Of a stretch of 64,000 bases of DNA, positions 19,202 through 29,840 are shown piece after piece. The stretch comes from Methanobacteriota archaeon. GTDB lineage: Archaea; Thermoplasmatota; Poseidoniia; Poseidoniales; Thalassarchaeaceae. Made by a program: the position numbers and the translations under genes. Numbering within the stretch: position 1 is the first letter of the stretch; each line of letters opens with the position of its first letter. The stretch is taken from contig JAAZXW010000019.1 of assembly GCA_014239955.1 (NCBI GenBank), positions 53,298-117,297 on the forward strand, given 5' to 3'. Below the pieces are notes generated by a model that did no database searches, was not told the DNA's origin, and worked only from the letters and a program-made list of their open reading frames with translations.

Positions 19202-19978
19202 TCAACTGCTCCTGATTCTGTTTATCGCACTAATATCGAATTTGGATACGGCTGATTCTAAAGCCTTCTCGAACGAGAACCACCTAGCTTCATCTATTTC
19301 TCCTTCCTTTGGAATAATCTCCTGCCCCTCTAAGTCCGTTTGACAAGTATAGGTAAAAGAAACCCAATTTATTCCCTCTTCGTTGAAAATCTCATTCTGA
19401 ATGATGGCACCATCATCACCTAGGACAATACCACCACTCTCGCCCAATGGGTCTGGAATCACAATTGTGATGCCTAACTCTTCCTTAGCTTCTCTCTGTG
19501 CCGCCTCTCTTGGGTGTTCCCCATAATCGACAAAACCACCCGGTAGAGTCCAACAACCAGAGAAGAATCCACGAGAAGCCCTAACCATAAGAATTTCATT
19601 ATTTGAGTTCGTAATTACGACCTTGCTCACAACCCTGTGAAGAGTTCGATAGACAGACTCACGAACTAATGGATCTACTGTGTTATCGCTAATTACCGAA
19701 TCCTTCCACGCCCAGTTTTCTGGCCATGCAATATCTGGTACCCCATATGTGACAATGTAGTCAAATGAACCTAGACTTATTCGATTCACCCTTCTCAACG
19801 TCCATTCAATGCCCATTCCTTCGACTTCTTCGGGAGTCGGTAGCCTGATTGTTTCATCGCCAGGCCGAACGAAATTCCTCCCCATTTGGGGTTTCACCGG
19901 GCCATTACCGGATTTGTCTACGAGAAGCAACTTCCCATCATGTTCGAGATGCAAATATTCCGTAGCCACTCTGTTCAA
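19202..19978 (-). CDS. NUDIX hydrolase
   Basis: Nudix box [27 protein letters not shown]. Confidence 0.9.
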   Translation of the reverse strand: MNRVATEYLHLEHDGKLLLVDKSGNGPVKPQMGRNFVRPGDETIRLPTPEEVEGMGIEWTLRRVNRISLGSFDYIVTYGVPDIAWPENWAWKDSVISDNTVDPLVRESVYRTLHRVVSKVVITNSNNEILMVRASRGFFSGCWTLPGGFVDYGEHPREAAQREAKEELGITIVIPDPLGESGGIVLGDDGAIIQNEIFNEEGINWVSFTYTCQTDLEGQEIIPKEGEIDEARWFSFEKALESAVSKFDISAINRIRSS

Positions 19979-19993
19979 CTCAGTTGTAACATC

Positions 19994-20932
19994 TCAATAT
20001 CCGAGTATTGTACTCAACTGCTCTTTGTAGAATGACCCCGAACCTTGGAGATTCTCAAGCTCGTTCGCCTCAAGTTCCAGTTCTATGATTCTCTCAACGC
20101 CGTCTTTACCCAATACTACTGGAACTCCGATGTATATGTCTTCCATCCCATACTCCCCGCTGAGATAAGTACTACACGGAAGCACCCTCTTCCTGTCATC
20201 CAGTATTGCCTCTGCCATTATAGCAGCAGCACTACCCGGGGCGTAGAAAGCGCTCCCCCTCTCAAGCAGCTTCACTATCTCCCCACCGCCGCTAGCAGTT
20301 CTCTCACAGATTGCATTGACTTCGTCCTCGCTGAGCAGTTGGGTGACTGGGATCCCATTCACCGTCGTGTACCTTGGCAAAGGAACCATTGTATCTCCAT
20401 GACCTCCTAGGACCATTGCCTGCACATCCTCATTGCTGCAGCCGACAGCCTGTGCGATGAAGTGAGTCATCCTAGCACTATCCAGGATGCCCGCCTGTCC
20501 TACTACGCGATTGTGTGGAAATCCAGTAATCTTCTGCATATGGTAAGTCATCAGATCCAGTGGGTTTGTGACCATAACTATCACAGCATCTGGAGCATTA
20601 TCCCTAATTCCCTCGCCAACCTGTGAGATGATGTCTGCATTTTTCCCTATGAGGTCCTCTCTACTCATGCCTGGTTGCCGGGGGAAACCCGAAGTCACGA
20701 CCACGACATCAGATCCAGCAATGTCGGCATAGTCTTTGGTTCCCGAAATTCTGCCATCATAGTTCAGAATCCTTCCCCCTTGGCTCATATCTAGTGCCTT
20801 GCCTTTCGCAAAGCCCTCGAAGATGTCAAGAAGAACTACTTCCCCTACCTTTCGCTCAGCCAAAACGAAGGCGCATGTAGCTCCAACGTTTCCAGCACCG
20901 ATTACAGCAACTTTCCTTGCCCCATTAGCCAT
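19994..20932 (-). CDS. mdh: Malate dehydrogenase (LDH-like)
   Basis: GAGNVG, PRQPGMSREDL, TNPLD, LDSAR, GGHGD, SAFYAP. Confidence 0.95.
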   Translation of the reverse strand: MANGARKVAVIGAGNVGATCAFVLAERKVGEVVLLDIFEGFAKGKALDMSQGGRILNYDGRISGTKDYADIAGSDVVVVTSGFPRQPGMSREDLIGKNADIISQVGEGIRDNAPDAVIVMVTNPLDLMTYHMQKITGFPHNRVVGQAGILDSARMTHFIAQAVGCSNEDVQAMVLGGHGDTMVPLPRYTTVNGIPVTQLLSEDEVNAICERTASGGGEIVKLLERGSAFYAPGSAAAIMAEAILDDRKRVLPCSTYLSGEYGMEDIYIGVPVVLGKDGVERIIELELEANELENLQGSGSFYKEQLSTILGY

Positions 20933-21025
20933 GACTGTGCGCCTGTGGCACCAGTCTTAGCCCTTTGTGGTTAGAATGTGCATCGATGTAGCAAGCGTAT
21001 TCTAGTTGTACTTTGTCAGAATATC

Positions 21026-21712
21026 ATGCAAAAGCAGGCAAATCCACTAATCGGAATCAGTTTAGTTGCCTTCGTTCCGACCATCTCCATCCTATTCACT
21101 TTGAACTATAATGATGATGAATTGACATCACAAGTGTTCTTCATGGCTTGCAAATTTTGGCTCCTAATTGCCCCTGCATACTGGTTCCTTCGTGTTGAGG
21201 GAAATGTCATTTCATGGTCTATGCCAAACAGGGAAGGTCTGATTCTTGGTTCCATCACAGGTATTGTGATGTCGGGCATTATCATTGTAATGTGGCTTTT
21301 GTTCGGAGCTACCATTGATGCAGATGCCATGCTAGCAGAAATGGAGACAACGGGATTAACCGACATCAGGATCTTCGTTGCAGGTATGCTATACTGGATT
21401 TTTCTTAATAGCCTGCTTGAGGAATACGTCTTCAGATGGTTTGTCACCACAAAGGGACTCGATTTACTCGGCAGCGAAATTGCTGCAATCTGCCTGTCCG
21501 CCTCCCTATTCACCCTACATCACGCAATTGCCCTGCACTACTTCGGATTCATCTGGTGGCAAACCATATTGGCATGTTTCGGCTTACTTTCCGCCGCCGC
21601 AATTTGGTCGTGGTTATACTTCCGCCACAAATCGATCTGGGTATGCTGGCTCTCTCATGCGATATGCGATGTAGCTGTTTTCAGCATAGGATATATCCTA
21701 ATCTTCGGCTGA
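21026..21712 (+). CDS. CPBP/Abi family intramembrane metalloprotease
   Basis: EEYVFRW, FTLHH, SHAICD; multiple TM helices. Confidence 0.9.
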   Translation: MQKQANPLIGISLVAFVPTISILFTLNYNDDELTSQVFFMACKFWLLIAPAYWFLRVEGNVISWSMPNREGLILGSITGIVMSGIIIVMWLLFGATIDADAMLAEMETTGLTDIRIFVAGMLYWIFLNSLLEEYVFRWFVTTKGLDLLGSEIAAICLSASLFTLHHAIALHYFGFIWWQTILACFGLLSAAAIWSWLYFRHKSIWVCWLSHAICDVAVFSIGYILIFG

Positions 21713-21794
21713 ATCCTCTGGGAAATTATCACGCCGACGGTTTCAATAACGGCCTTCAACTGGATTCATCCGTATTATCAGTTAGGTGTTTCAA

Positions 21795-22958
21795 GTGAGA
21801 GTAGGAGTGTTGAAAGAGCCAGAAGGAGAAAATAGGGTTTCCATCGTCCCCAGCTCGTTAAAGAAGTTGAAAAAAATGGGCTTCAAAGTGGTTGTTGAAA
21901 CTGGTGCTGGCACAATTTCTCACAATAGTGATGGTGACTACGAGACATTTGGATGCACGGTATCAAGTAGGGATGATGCATTGTCCTGCGACATAGTCGT
22001 ATCAATATCCATGCCTGACATTTCAAATGCAAAGGAGGGGCAGATTGTAGTCTGTGTGGCAGACCCATTTAGGAACCCGGAAAGGGTGAAGGAATCGGTA
22101 GATGCTGGAATCACACTAATCAGCATGGACATGATACCACGGAGACTATCAAGGGCCCAAGCCATGGACGTCAACTCAAGCCAAGACAACCTTGCTGGGT
22201 ACAAGGCTGTATTAATCGGTGCTGCTCACGTTCCTCGAGGAATACCTATGATGACCACTAGCGCTGGCACTGTTAGGCCTTCGAAATTCGTAATCATGGG
22301 TTCAGGTGTCGCTGGTCTTCAAGCAATTGCCACGGCGAAGAGACTCGGTGCTGTTGTTTACGCCTCCGATGTTCGGAGATCTGCTGCTGAGCAGATTGAA
22401 TCAGTCGGGGGGAGATTCATAGAAGTGGATGGGATGGACGATTTCGAGGACGAATCTGGCTATGCAAAGCCACTAACACCAGAATTTATTCAAAAAGTCA
22501 ACGAAACTGTTTGCGAGGTTGCTAGCGATGCCGATGTAATCGTGACAACTGCCAGGATATTCGGTCGACCGGCCCCTATTACCGTACCTTCGAGTGCAAT
22601 TTCTAAGTTCAAGCCGGGCTCCGTTGTTGTCGATATGAATGCAGATGTGGGGGGAAACTGCGAGTTAACTGTTCCCGGAGAAATCGTCACAACCGAAAAC
22701 GGGGTGTCCATAGTCGGCACAAAAAATCTCGCAGGAGAGTTGGCTACCACTGCAAGTATGCTCTTTTCGAACAACATGACTACTTTCCTGTCTACATTGG
22801 TTAATGATGGTGAGATCAGAATCGATATGGATGACGCAATTCTTGTAGGTGCCCCGGAAGGTGATGATTTCTACGTTGCTGGTATGGGCGGCGTACTACT
22901 CTGCCACGCTGGCGAAATCCATCCAAAGCAGACAAGACTCTCCGAGGTGGTTGGCTAA
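21795..22958 (+). CDS. pntA: NAD(P) transhydrogenase subunit alpha-1 (domain I)
   Basis: ENRVS, RAQAMDVNSSQDNLAGYKAV, GVAGLQAIATAKRLGA, GGNCE. Confidence 0.95.
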   Translation: MRVGVLKEPEGENRVSIVPSSLKKLKKMGFKVVVETGAGTISHNSDGDYETFGCTVSSRDDALSCDIVVSISMPDISNAKEGQIVVCVADPFRNPERVKESVDAGITLISMDMIPRRLSRAQAMDVNSSQDNLAGYKAVLIGAAHVPRGIPMMTTSAGTVRPSKFVIMGSGVAGLQAIATAKRLGAVVYASDVRRSAAEQIESVGGRFIEVDGMDDFEDESGYAKPLTPEFIQKVNETVCEVASDADVIVTTARIFGRPAPITVPSSAISKFKPGSVVVDMNADVGGNCELTVPGEIVTTENGVSIVGTKNLAGELATTASMLFSNNMTTFLSTLVNDGEIRIDMDDAILVGAPEGDDFYVAGMGGVLLCHAGEIHPKQTRLSEVVG

Positions 22959-23275
22959 TGCTGACAATGGCAACCCTTGTGGCGAGCATTACAGTTTTCG
23001 TACTGGCAATTTTCCTCGGATTCGAACTTATCAGCAAGGTTCCACCAACCTTGCATACTCCATTGATGTCCGGTGCAAATGCGATTTCTGGAATTACGAT
23101 TGTCGGTGCATTGATTCTATCAAATGCCCAATTTAACAGTGGAGATCCCGGCACCGCATCCTGGCTTGCATTCATCGCTCTGATAATGGCGACCATAAAC
23201 GTAGTCGGAGGATTCATGGTTACGAATAAGATGTTAGAAATGATAGCTGGAAAGAAACGTAGAGGTGGCAAATGA
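22958..23275 (+). CDS. NAD(P) transhydrogenase subunit alpha-2
   Basis: VPPTLHTPLMSGANAISG, INVVGGFMVT. Confidence 0.95.
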   Translation: MLTMATLVASITVFVLAIFLGFELISKVPPTLHTPLMSGANAISGITIVGALILSNAQFNSGDPGTASWLAFIALIMATINVVGGFMVTNKMLEMIAGKKRRGGK

Positions 23276-24720
23276 TGGTAGATCCAGTTATTTGGGACGT
23301 GGGGTATCTTGTCTCTGCAGCAATGTTTATCCTGGGAATTAAGCGACTATCTAGCCCTAGAACTGCACCCCAGGGCAACAGACTAGGGGCATATGGGATG
23401 CTACTGGCCGTACTTATTACACTGGTCAAGATGTACACAGAAGGAATTATCGGCTATGAGTTGATCATCAGCGGTTTGGCTATTGGTACACTAATTGGCT
23501 ACGTCATGGCTACACGTGTTGAGATGACGGAGATGCCCGAACTTGTGGCGCTGTTCAATGGATTCGGCGGGGGGGCATCGGCTCTTGTCGGCTTGTCGGA
23601 GGTTCTCAAGAGACTTCAGAATTCTAACGTCCCAGAACCCGGCGTTGAATTGTATGCTACTTGGGTGGCAATTGGGCTTTCGGGAATTGTTGGTTGGGTT
23701 ACTTTGACAGGCAGCCTCATGGCAATGGGAAAACTCAGGGGTGGATTCTATATCCCCTTCACTAAGAAGGACGATAGAGGCAGAAGAAAGTGGGTAAGAT
23801 TCCCAACATGGGGGCCACCATGGATGAACTTCGTCAAAGGAGCAATTCTTCTAGCATGCACCTCCCTCATTGGATTGACTGTCCACGATCCTCACAACTA
23901 TGACTACATATATTCCCTCGTAATTCTTTCCTGTATACTCGGCGTCCTATTTGTGATCCCCATCGGTGGTGCCGATATGCCCGTAGTCGTGAGTTTGCTA
24001 AACTCGATGTCAGGTATTGCCGCGGCATTCACTGGTTTCGTAATCGGGAATAACGTCCTAATCATAGCCGGGTCTATGGTCGGTGCAGCCGGCCTCATTC
24101 TAACATTCATTATGTGTAAGGCGATGAATAGGACACTGATTGCAGTATTATTCATGTCCTTCGGAGGTGGGGGGAGGGAATCTGTAACTAGGACCAAAGT
24201 AGGCAGTGATCCTGAGGAGGTTGCAATGGTCTGTGACGGCATCACAAAATGCGTCATCGTACCGGGTTACGGAATGGCCGTAAGTCAAGCACAGCACGCA
24301 GTGAAAGAATTCGCCGATCTGATGGAAGCTCAGGGTGTCGAGGTATCATACGGTATCCACCCCGTAGCAGGAAGGATGCCTGGTCACATGAACGTACTAC
24401 TTGCCGAGGCTAGCGTACCATATGAGCAATTGATTGAAATGGACGATATTAATTCAGAGCTTACCGAGACAGACGTAGCACTGGTTATAGGAGCGAATGA
24501 CACAATCAATCCAGTTGCCAGATCCGGTGAGGGGCCACTCGGAGGGATGCCAATAATTGACGTGGATAAGGCCAGAGTTGTTGTTGTCATCAAGAGGAGC
24601 TTATCTGTCGGATATGCAGGCGTCGATAACGACTTATTCTTTGAAGACAAGACAATGATGCTATTCGGTGATGGGAAGAAGATGATGAACGAGCTAAACG
24701 GAGCTATCAAGGAGTTGTGA
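23272..24720 (+). CDS. pntB: NAD(P) transhydrogenase subunit beta
   Basis: MTEMPELVA, IGGADMPVV, PGYGMAV, HPVAGRMPGHMNVLLAEA, GANDT. Confidence 0.97.
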   Translation: MMVDPVIWDVGYLVSAAMFILGIKRLSSPRTAPQGNRLGAYGMLLAVLITLVKMYTEGIIGYELIISGLAIGTLIGYVMATRVEMTEMPELVALFNGFGGGASALVGLSEVLKRLQNSNVPEPGVELYATWVAIGLSGIVGWVTLTGSLMAMGKLRGGFYIPFTKKDDRGRRKWVRFPTWGPPWMNFVKGAILLACTSLIGLTVHDPHNYDYIYSLVILSCILGVLFVIPIGGADMPVVVSLLNSMSGIAAAFTGFVIGNNVLIIAGSMVGAAGLILTFIMCKAMNRTLIAVLFMSFGGGGRESVTRTKVGSDPEEVAMVCDGITKCVIVPGYGMAVSQAQHAVKEFADLMEAQGVEVSYGIHPVAGRMPGHMNVLLAEASVPYEQLIEMDDINSELTETDVALVIGANDTINPVARSGEGPLGGMPIIDVDKARVVVVIKRSLSVGYAGVDNDLFFEDKTMMLFGDGKKMMNELNGAIKEL

Positions 24721-24777
24721 GGTTAAGCTCCCCCAACCGTTATTTGACATCGACTTCGAGAAAGGCTTGGTGATATC

Positions 24778-25800
24778 GTGCGAGTGAACGCCAGAAGGGT
24801 CTTGACCTGTCTTGTTTTAGTAGTCGCAGTATCGCTTCCAGCTCTGGGGATGAGCAAGGGGCCCAGTGCAAATAATTCCAATGATGATCTGACCGTGAAG
24901 TATGGGTGTACCTGCCACAATAATGGTGCGCCATCGGACAGGGCTGTGGTAATGATAACTGGCGTACCCTTGATGTACGATACGTCAGAGGTGTACCAAC
25001 TCACCATACGTGTGTCCGACTCCCTTACCCTCTCAGGGGGCGATGGGAATACCCATGCAGGATTCATGATATCCTCTGACTCGGTTGGAAACTTCTCATG
25101 GGACGTGAGTGAAGACATTCGTTATGCAGAGGGTCGCGCAGATGACGCCTCTCACTCGGATCCAAGTCTGGAAGGGATTTGGACGATTAATTGGATTTCT
25201 CCCAGCGAAGACCTCGGGGCCGTGCAATTCTGGCTTGCTGGCAATTCTGTTGATGGTGCGGGAATACCTGACGACATGGATTACTGGAACATCCTATCCT
25301 TCACAATAAACCCACCGGGAACCATTACTACTGATGAGAGCGGGTCAACTTTGGAAACAAGGACCATTTCCGTTGGAACATACGACTCACTGTTCCTCAT
25401 TGAGGTATCTGAAGAGCAACTTGAGCAAGAAAGACAAGATGCACTGTCCCACAGGGTTTTCTCTCAGGGGAATCTTTTCTTCTGGACAAGTTTGACTGCA
25501 CTAATCATCGGAGCCGTTGTGCAGAAGGAGATTCTTGAGAGGAAATACGAAGACGGTCCTGACTTCCTAGCCAGTGAGCTGGCATACCCACAGGGATTTC
25601 GTAGGGCCGTTGTATCCGGACTTTCATTCTATTTCGCTGTTGGTTGGGCAAATTCGGAGACTCCAATCACATTCCAAGGCGTCGATTTCACCGATTTCGC
25701 TGCTGGGACTGCATTCTTCATCAGTGCATGGGCGGCTTACGGGGTATACCGAACTATCCTAGCAGCTAGATCGGAACCCGAAGTGAAGGATGTATTGTGA
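24778..25800 (+). CDS. Secreted reeler/choice-of-anchor V-like domain protein with C-terminal TM helices
   Basis: Signal peptide, GCTCH, AGF, W-SP..G.VQFWLAGNSVDG; three C-terminal TM helices. Confidence 0.6.
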   Translation: MRVNARRVLTCLVLVVAVSLPALGMSKGPSANNSNDDLTVKYGCTCHNNGAPSDRAVVMITGVPLMYDTSEVYQLTIRVSDSLTLSGGDGNTHAGFMISSDSVGNFSWDVSEDIRYAEGRADDASHSDPSLEGIWTINWISPSEDLGAVQFWLAGNSVDGAGIPDDMDYWNILSFTINPPGTITTDESGSTLETRTISVGTYDSLFLIEVSEEQLEQERQDALSHRVFSQGNLFFWTSLTALIIGAVVQKEILERKYEDGPDFLASELAYPQGFRRAVVSGLSFYFAVGWANSETPITFQGVDFTDFAAGTAFFISAWAAYGVYRTILAARSEPEVKDVL

Positions 25801-26570
25801 ACCTAGATCAAAACTCTAAGGCTGATCCTGGACGATTTATGGGACATTTGGAGGAACTAAACTCAATTGCAAGAAAGGTTGCATTTGTGATGTTACTACT
25901 ATGCATCTTCTGGTCGTTCACCGCCAATCAGGTAGTATCTATGTGGTTGGAGATTGTTCCCTTGCCAACAGGTCCGAACAACGAGAATTTATCCGTTTAT
26001 GGGCCATTTGACTGGATTCAGATGCGTTGGAGCGTCGTAATTCTACTTTCGATGTTAACAATGCTGCCAATGGTATCGATATTGACTTACAAATTCGCTA
26101 AACCAGGCCTATTCCCTCGGGAGAGGAATTGGCTCATAGCTGTGCTAATTCTCACGACTACGGTCGTGCCGTTTTCAATAATTGTTATTTGGGCCTTTGG
26201 CATTCCAGCACTATTCGATTTCACTAGAATTTCTGGTACTCCAGAGGGAATTCTTGTCCGATACGATGCAGCTTCAATTTTCTCTCTCGGTTTGGGAGTC
26301 ACTTGGGTTTTGGTTGTTTGGTCAATTACAACAATTGTCCTCTCCTTGTCACGAATATTCGGAATGGTCTCATCGGGAAAGACCAGATTCAGGAACAGGT
26401 TGCTGGCTATTTCTTCAGGTATCATACTACTAACACTGCCAGTAGAATACGATGGTCTGAAATTGCTAATCGCCATTATGATGGCTTTCCTCGCGGATGT
26501 GATTTCACAATCAGCACCTGTGAAGATGACGCTATGGGACCCCAATGTCAATATTGACTCAACTACCTAG
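25797..26570 (+). CDS. tatC: Twin-arginine translocase TatC-like protein (divergent)
   Basis: MGHLEEL, P-D..., YKFAKPGLFPRER; about 6 TM helices. Confidence 0.75.
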   Translation: MNLDQNSKADPGRFMGHLEELNSIARKVAFVMLLLCIFWSFTANQVVSMWLEIVPLPTGPNNENLSVYGPFDWIQMRWSVVILLSMLTMLPMVSILTYKFAKPGLFPRERNWLIAVLILTTTVVPFSIIVIWAFGIPALFDFTRISGTPEGILVRYDAASIFSLGLGVTWVLVVWSITTIVLSLSRIFGMVSSGKTRFRNRLLAISSGIILLTLPVEYDGLKLLIAIMMAFLADVISQSAPVKMTLWDPNVNIDSTT

Positions 26571-26614
26571 CAGATTGGCATTGACTTGAAAGGCTGTGCT
26601 ATCGGCCAATTGAT

Positions 26615-28579
26615 GTGGGCAAACTCTCATCAACACATTACCTCAGAGTTGTTGTAACAGTCATTTTGTTAGTTAGCTCCGTATCCGTAACCCTGAATTC
26701 ATCCAAGGTAAATGATGCAATAGCATCTTCAGTTACGAATCCAGAACAGTCTGACTATGAGATGGTAGGTCTCTCTACGGAGGAGAAATGGCCCGTACTT
26801 AGAATCAGCTTCCCCGGAAAACCATTTCCAAATTCTCTGCTAGGTGACCTCTTTGACGGAGACTTCTCGGCCCATCAGTATATCTCGGAAATGAGTGGTG
26901 GCTTGTCACAACTAAACTCAACGATAGTAGAAGGGGTCTGGGAGTCTCAATATGAAGAGTCGTACTGGGGAGAGGATTCTGATTTAGAGAGGGATTCTGG
27001 TAGCGGTTCAGGAGGTGCTAGGGAGCTTGCAACCCAGGCAATAATGGGATTATTGCAGAACCAGGACCCTTCCCGATGGGATCTTGATGGGGATTATGTT
27101 GTCGACCGACTCCTCATACTACATTCTGGTCAACCTCAGGAGGAGGGTGGCCCATCTAGCAGAATCTGGAGTCATTTCTCACTATTCCATGAACCGGTTG
27201 TCATTGGTGACTACACCTTTGAGCACTACACAATGGCATCGGTGCACGGGGGGCTCGGTGTTACGGTTCATGAGATGCTACATCAAATGGGGGCAGTCGA
27301 CCTCTATGACGTACATAGCGAATCCCCCACGAAGAGCTGGTATGGACTTGGTGACTGGGACATTATGGCTAGTGGTAACTGGATTGGAGATGGAGCCAAG
27401 CCATCGTTGCCGTCTTCTTCTACTTTGGATCTAATTTGTGCAGTCAGACCAATTCTGCCTATTCTCCATCTCGATGAAAACTTCACCCTATACCCAGTTT
27501 CCCAAGGTGGGTCGCCATTGAAGATTGAAATTGCCCAGGGGGAGTACATTTGGGTTTCACTAAGGTCAGACGTTGGGTTTGACAGTGGGTTGCCAGGCCA
27601 TGGAATATTGGTGGAACAGCAGGATCTTGGATTCGGTGATATTGACTCAAACCTTGTAAATACCGACCCACTTAAGCCATGGGTAAAAATCATCGAAGCA
27701 GATGGAAACGATGCATTACTGCGGGCGAGGGACTATGGTTCTGCAGGCGATACGTTCACCGTTGGCGATAGATTTGGCCACACGGGGAAGCAGATATGGG
27801 ACAATCATGGTCGATTATCCCCGTGGACAATCACCGTCACATCTGTTGGAAATGAATCTGCCACGGTTGAATATGACTTCGTAGGGGACGCGAATGCCAC
27901 AGTATCGATGCCGAGAAGCCCAATCGTATTACTGCCAAACGAGTCTGTATCCGCAGAGTTAATCGCCGATTCTGATTGTCAAATCGTATCTCAATTATCT
28001 ACTACTGGTGAATTTTGGACTCAATCCGAAAATGACTCCAACATAATCCCAATACTGGAATTGAATGACTCATCACCAAGGAAGGGGACTATTTCGGGAA
28101 CTATAGGTTGCCATGGCCGTCCCATGACCAGTGTCTCTCTGGAATGGCATGTTGTAAACCACAGATTCACCAGCGATTCTCTGGAGTCTACGGTTGCTTG
28201 GGATGAACCGTCCACCGTGAGGATGTTTCCTGATACTGAAGGTGATGGCCCCCGAATTTACACGATAACAGTTGAAGGGCCCGCAGGGCGGATTTCTGAC
28301 TCCACAACATCTGGACAATTCTATCCGGGCGACCCAATAGTATTGGATATTGATCCTGCTGGACTTCTTGAGCCAAGAATGGTAGCAAGAGGCGAGCTGG
28401 TTATAGTAGATTCAAACAATGTCGAACAAAGAATATCAATCGTACTAAATTCCGAAGGAAAGCTACCATTTGGACCGCTAAATTGGCTCGCAATACCTTC
28501 GAACGCCATCTCAACTGTTCTAGTTCTCTTGGCCCTGTCAATAGCCACAGGCAATAAGAAAGAGTCCCTAGTTCCGTAA
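26615..28579 (+). CDS. M6 (immune inhibitor A-like) metalloprotease, membrane-anchored
   Basis: DLDGDYVVD, HSGQPQE, IWSH, HEMLHQMGAVDLYD, WDIMASGNW; signal peptide and C-terminal TM helix. Confidence 0.85.
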   Translation: MGKLSSTHYLRVVVTVILLVSSVSVTLNSSKVNDAIASSVTNPEQSDYEMVGLSTEEKWPVLRISFPGKPFPNSLLGDLFDGDFSAHQYISEMSGGLSQLNSTIVEGVWESQYEESYWGEDSDLERDSGSGSGGARELATQAIMGLLQNQDPSRWDLDGDYVVDRLLILHSGQPQEEGGPSSRIWSHFSLFHEPVVIGDYTFEHYTMASVHGGLGVTVHEMLHQMGAVDLYDVHSESPTKSWYGLGDWDIMASGNWIGDGAKPSLPSSSTLDLICAVRPILPILHLDENFTLYPVSQGGSPLKIEIAQGEYIWVSLRSDVGFDSGLPGHGILVEQQDLGFGDIDSNLVNTDPLKPWVKIIEADGNDALLRARDYGSAGDTFTVGDRFGHTGKQIWDNHGRLSPWTITVTSVGNESATVEYDFVGDANATVSMPRSPIVLLPNESVSAELIADSDCQIVSQLSTTGEFWTQSENDSNIIPILELNDSSPRKGTISGTIGCHGRPMTSVSLEWHVVNHRFTSDSLESTVAWDEPSTVRMFPDTEGDGPRIYTITVEGPAGRISDSTTSGQFYPGDPIVLDIDPAGLLEPRMVARGELVIVDSNNVEQRISIVLNSEGKLPFGPLNWLAIPSNAISTVLVLLALSIATGNKKESLVP

Positions 28580-28637
28580 TTTTGTCGGAACAGCCTCTAG
28601 GTCAGTGAATACAGAATGCCAAATGACTTAGCTACAG

Positions 28638-29768
28638 CTAGATGCGCTTTGGATTGCTCCATCGTGAATCCGAAGGTGGCCGTGAGATCTGTAGATACCT
28701 CCATCTTTCACCATCGTGTATGGGATATAGCCAGTGCTTGTTTACACCCGATGCAAGCCTAGAAGAGAGGCAGGCCTCGGCCCAGTCTGCCGGCCCCCCC
28801 TTAGATGGGTCGACTACCAACCACGGAGCATGCCCGTCTCCCACATCTCCAGAATAGCACCTCCAAGCAGTTCCATACTTGAATCCGGATCTGGTATTCA
28901 AACCCCTCATCCACAAGTCGAGTAGTATGCTTGCTGAGACAGAAAGTACCCCCAACTCATCATCTATTATCGTGGATAAATGCGATACTGAAATCTCAAC
29001 TTTTGCAGTTGATTGAGTTTTCTTCCCCATTAATCGGACAATTTCCGCCTCAGTAATATCCAATTGCCTTCCACCGTGGAGGGGGATGCCAATTGACTCA
29101 AGGGGCCAATCCATTGCATCAGATATGAAAATCCCATTACTGCCAAGGCTTTCCACACTATTGTCTGATATGATTTCAAACACCTGTTCCGTTGGTTGTT
29201 TCATATCGCCACGTGGATCAGCTTCATTGAGGCGATATGTGACCACCGATTGCTCCTCGTCAATGACCAGTACTTCGGGCAACCTCCCTCTTCTAGTCAC
29301 ATCGTCGCACCAATAGAGTAGGCCCTCCAAAATATCCTCAGGGTCTTGGTTAACATCATGTAAGACGTCCTTTGATTCATACCATAGTATCTCAGAGATT
29401 GGGGGGGCCTTGCTCGGGTGGCCGTCAGAAGCCCACCTCATAGCCCAGGAGCCTGAACTTTCAAGACCCAATGGCTCAAAGTTTTCAGATAGAACAACCT
29501 TGTTTCCCGGAACTCTAAGAGCCTCCAAGACTGCTGCTTCTCGGAGAATATTACGATTTAATCTAACTCGTTCTGAAAGCCATAATGCGAATGTCCGCTG
29601 GTCCGAAATATCTTCGAATTCAACACCTCGATGTTCTCTGCAGAAGATCACTTCTGAATCGGTGAGAAGAAGCCCCTCACCTTTGGAAAGTAGTCCCATT
29701 GCAGACTTCTCCCAAAGCCTGCTATGGGCGGGGCCATCGTATAGCATCCTTCGTTCCCCGGACTTCAT
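28638..29768 (-). CDS. endA: tRNA-splicing endonuclease (two-unit fusion, divergent)
   Basis: DEEQSVVTY; RSGFKYGTAWRCY, GHA, RLASGVNK (Tyr-His-Lys triad). Confidence 0.8.
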   Translation of the reverse strand: MKSGERRMLYDGPAHSRLWEKSAMGLLSKGEGLLLTDSEVIFCREHRGVEFEDISDQRTFALWLSERVRLNRNILREAAVLEALRVPGNKVVLSENFEPLGLESSGSWAMRWASDGHPSKAPPISEILWYESKDVLHDVNQDPEDILEGLLYWCDDVTRRGRLPEVLVIDEEQSVVTYRLNEADPRGDMKQPTEQVFEIISDNSVESLGSNGIFISDAMDWPLESIGIPLHGGRQLDITEAEIVRLMGKKTQSTAKVEISVSHLSTIIDDELGVLSVSASILLDLWMRGLNTRSGFKYGTAWRCYSGDVGDGHAPWLVVDPSKGGPADWAEACLSSRLASGVNKHWLYPIHDGERWRYLQISRPPSDSRWSNPKRI

Positions 29769-29840
29769 GTCCCAATGCAAGGCGCTAACAAATTAGACGC
29801 TATCCCCAAATATCATTCGTCGGACCCCCTTCCGAACATT

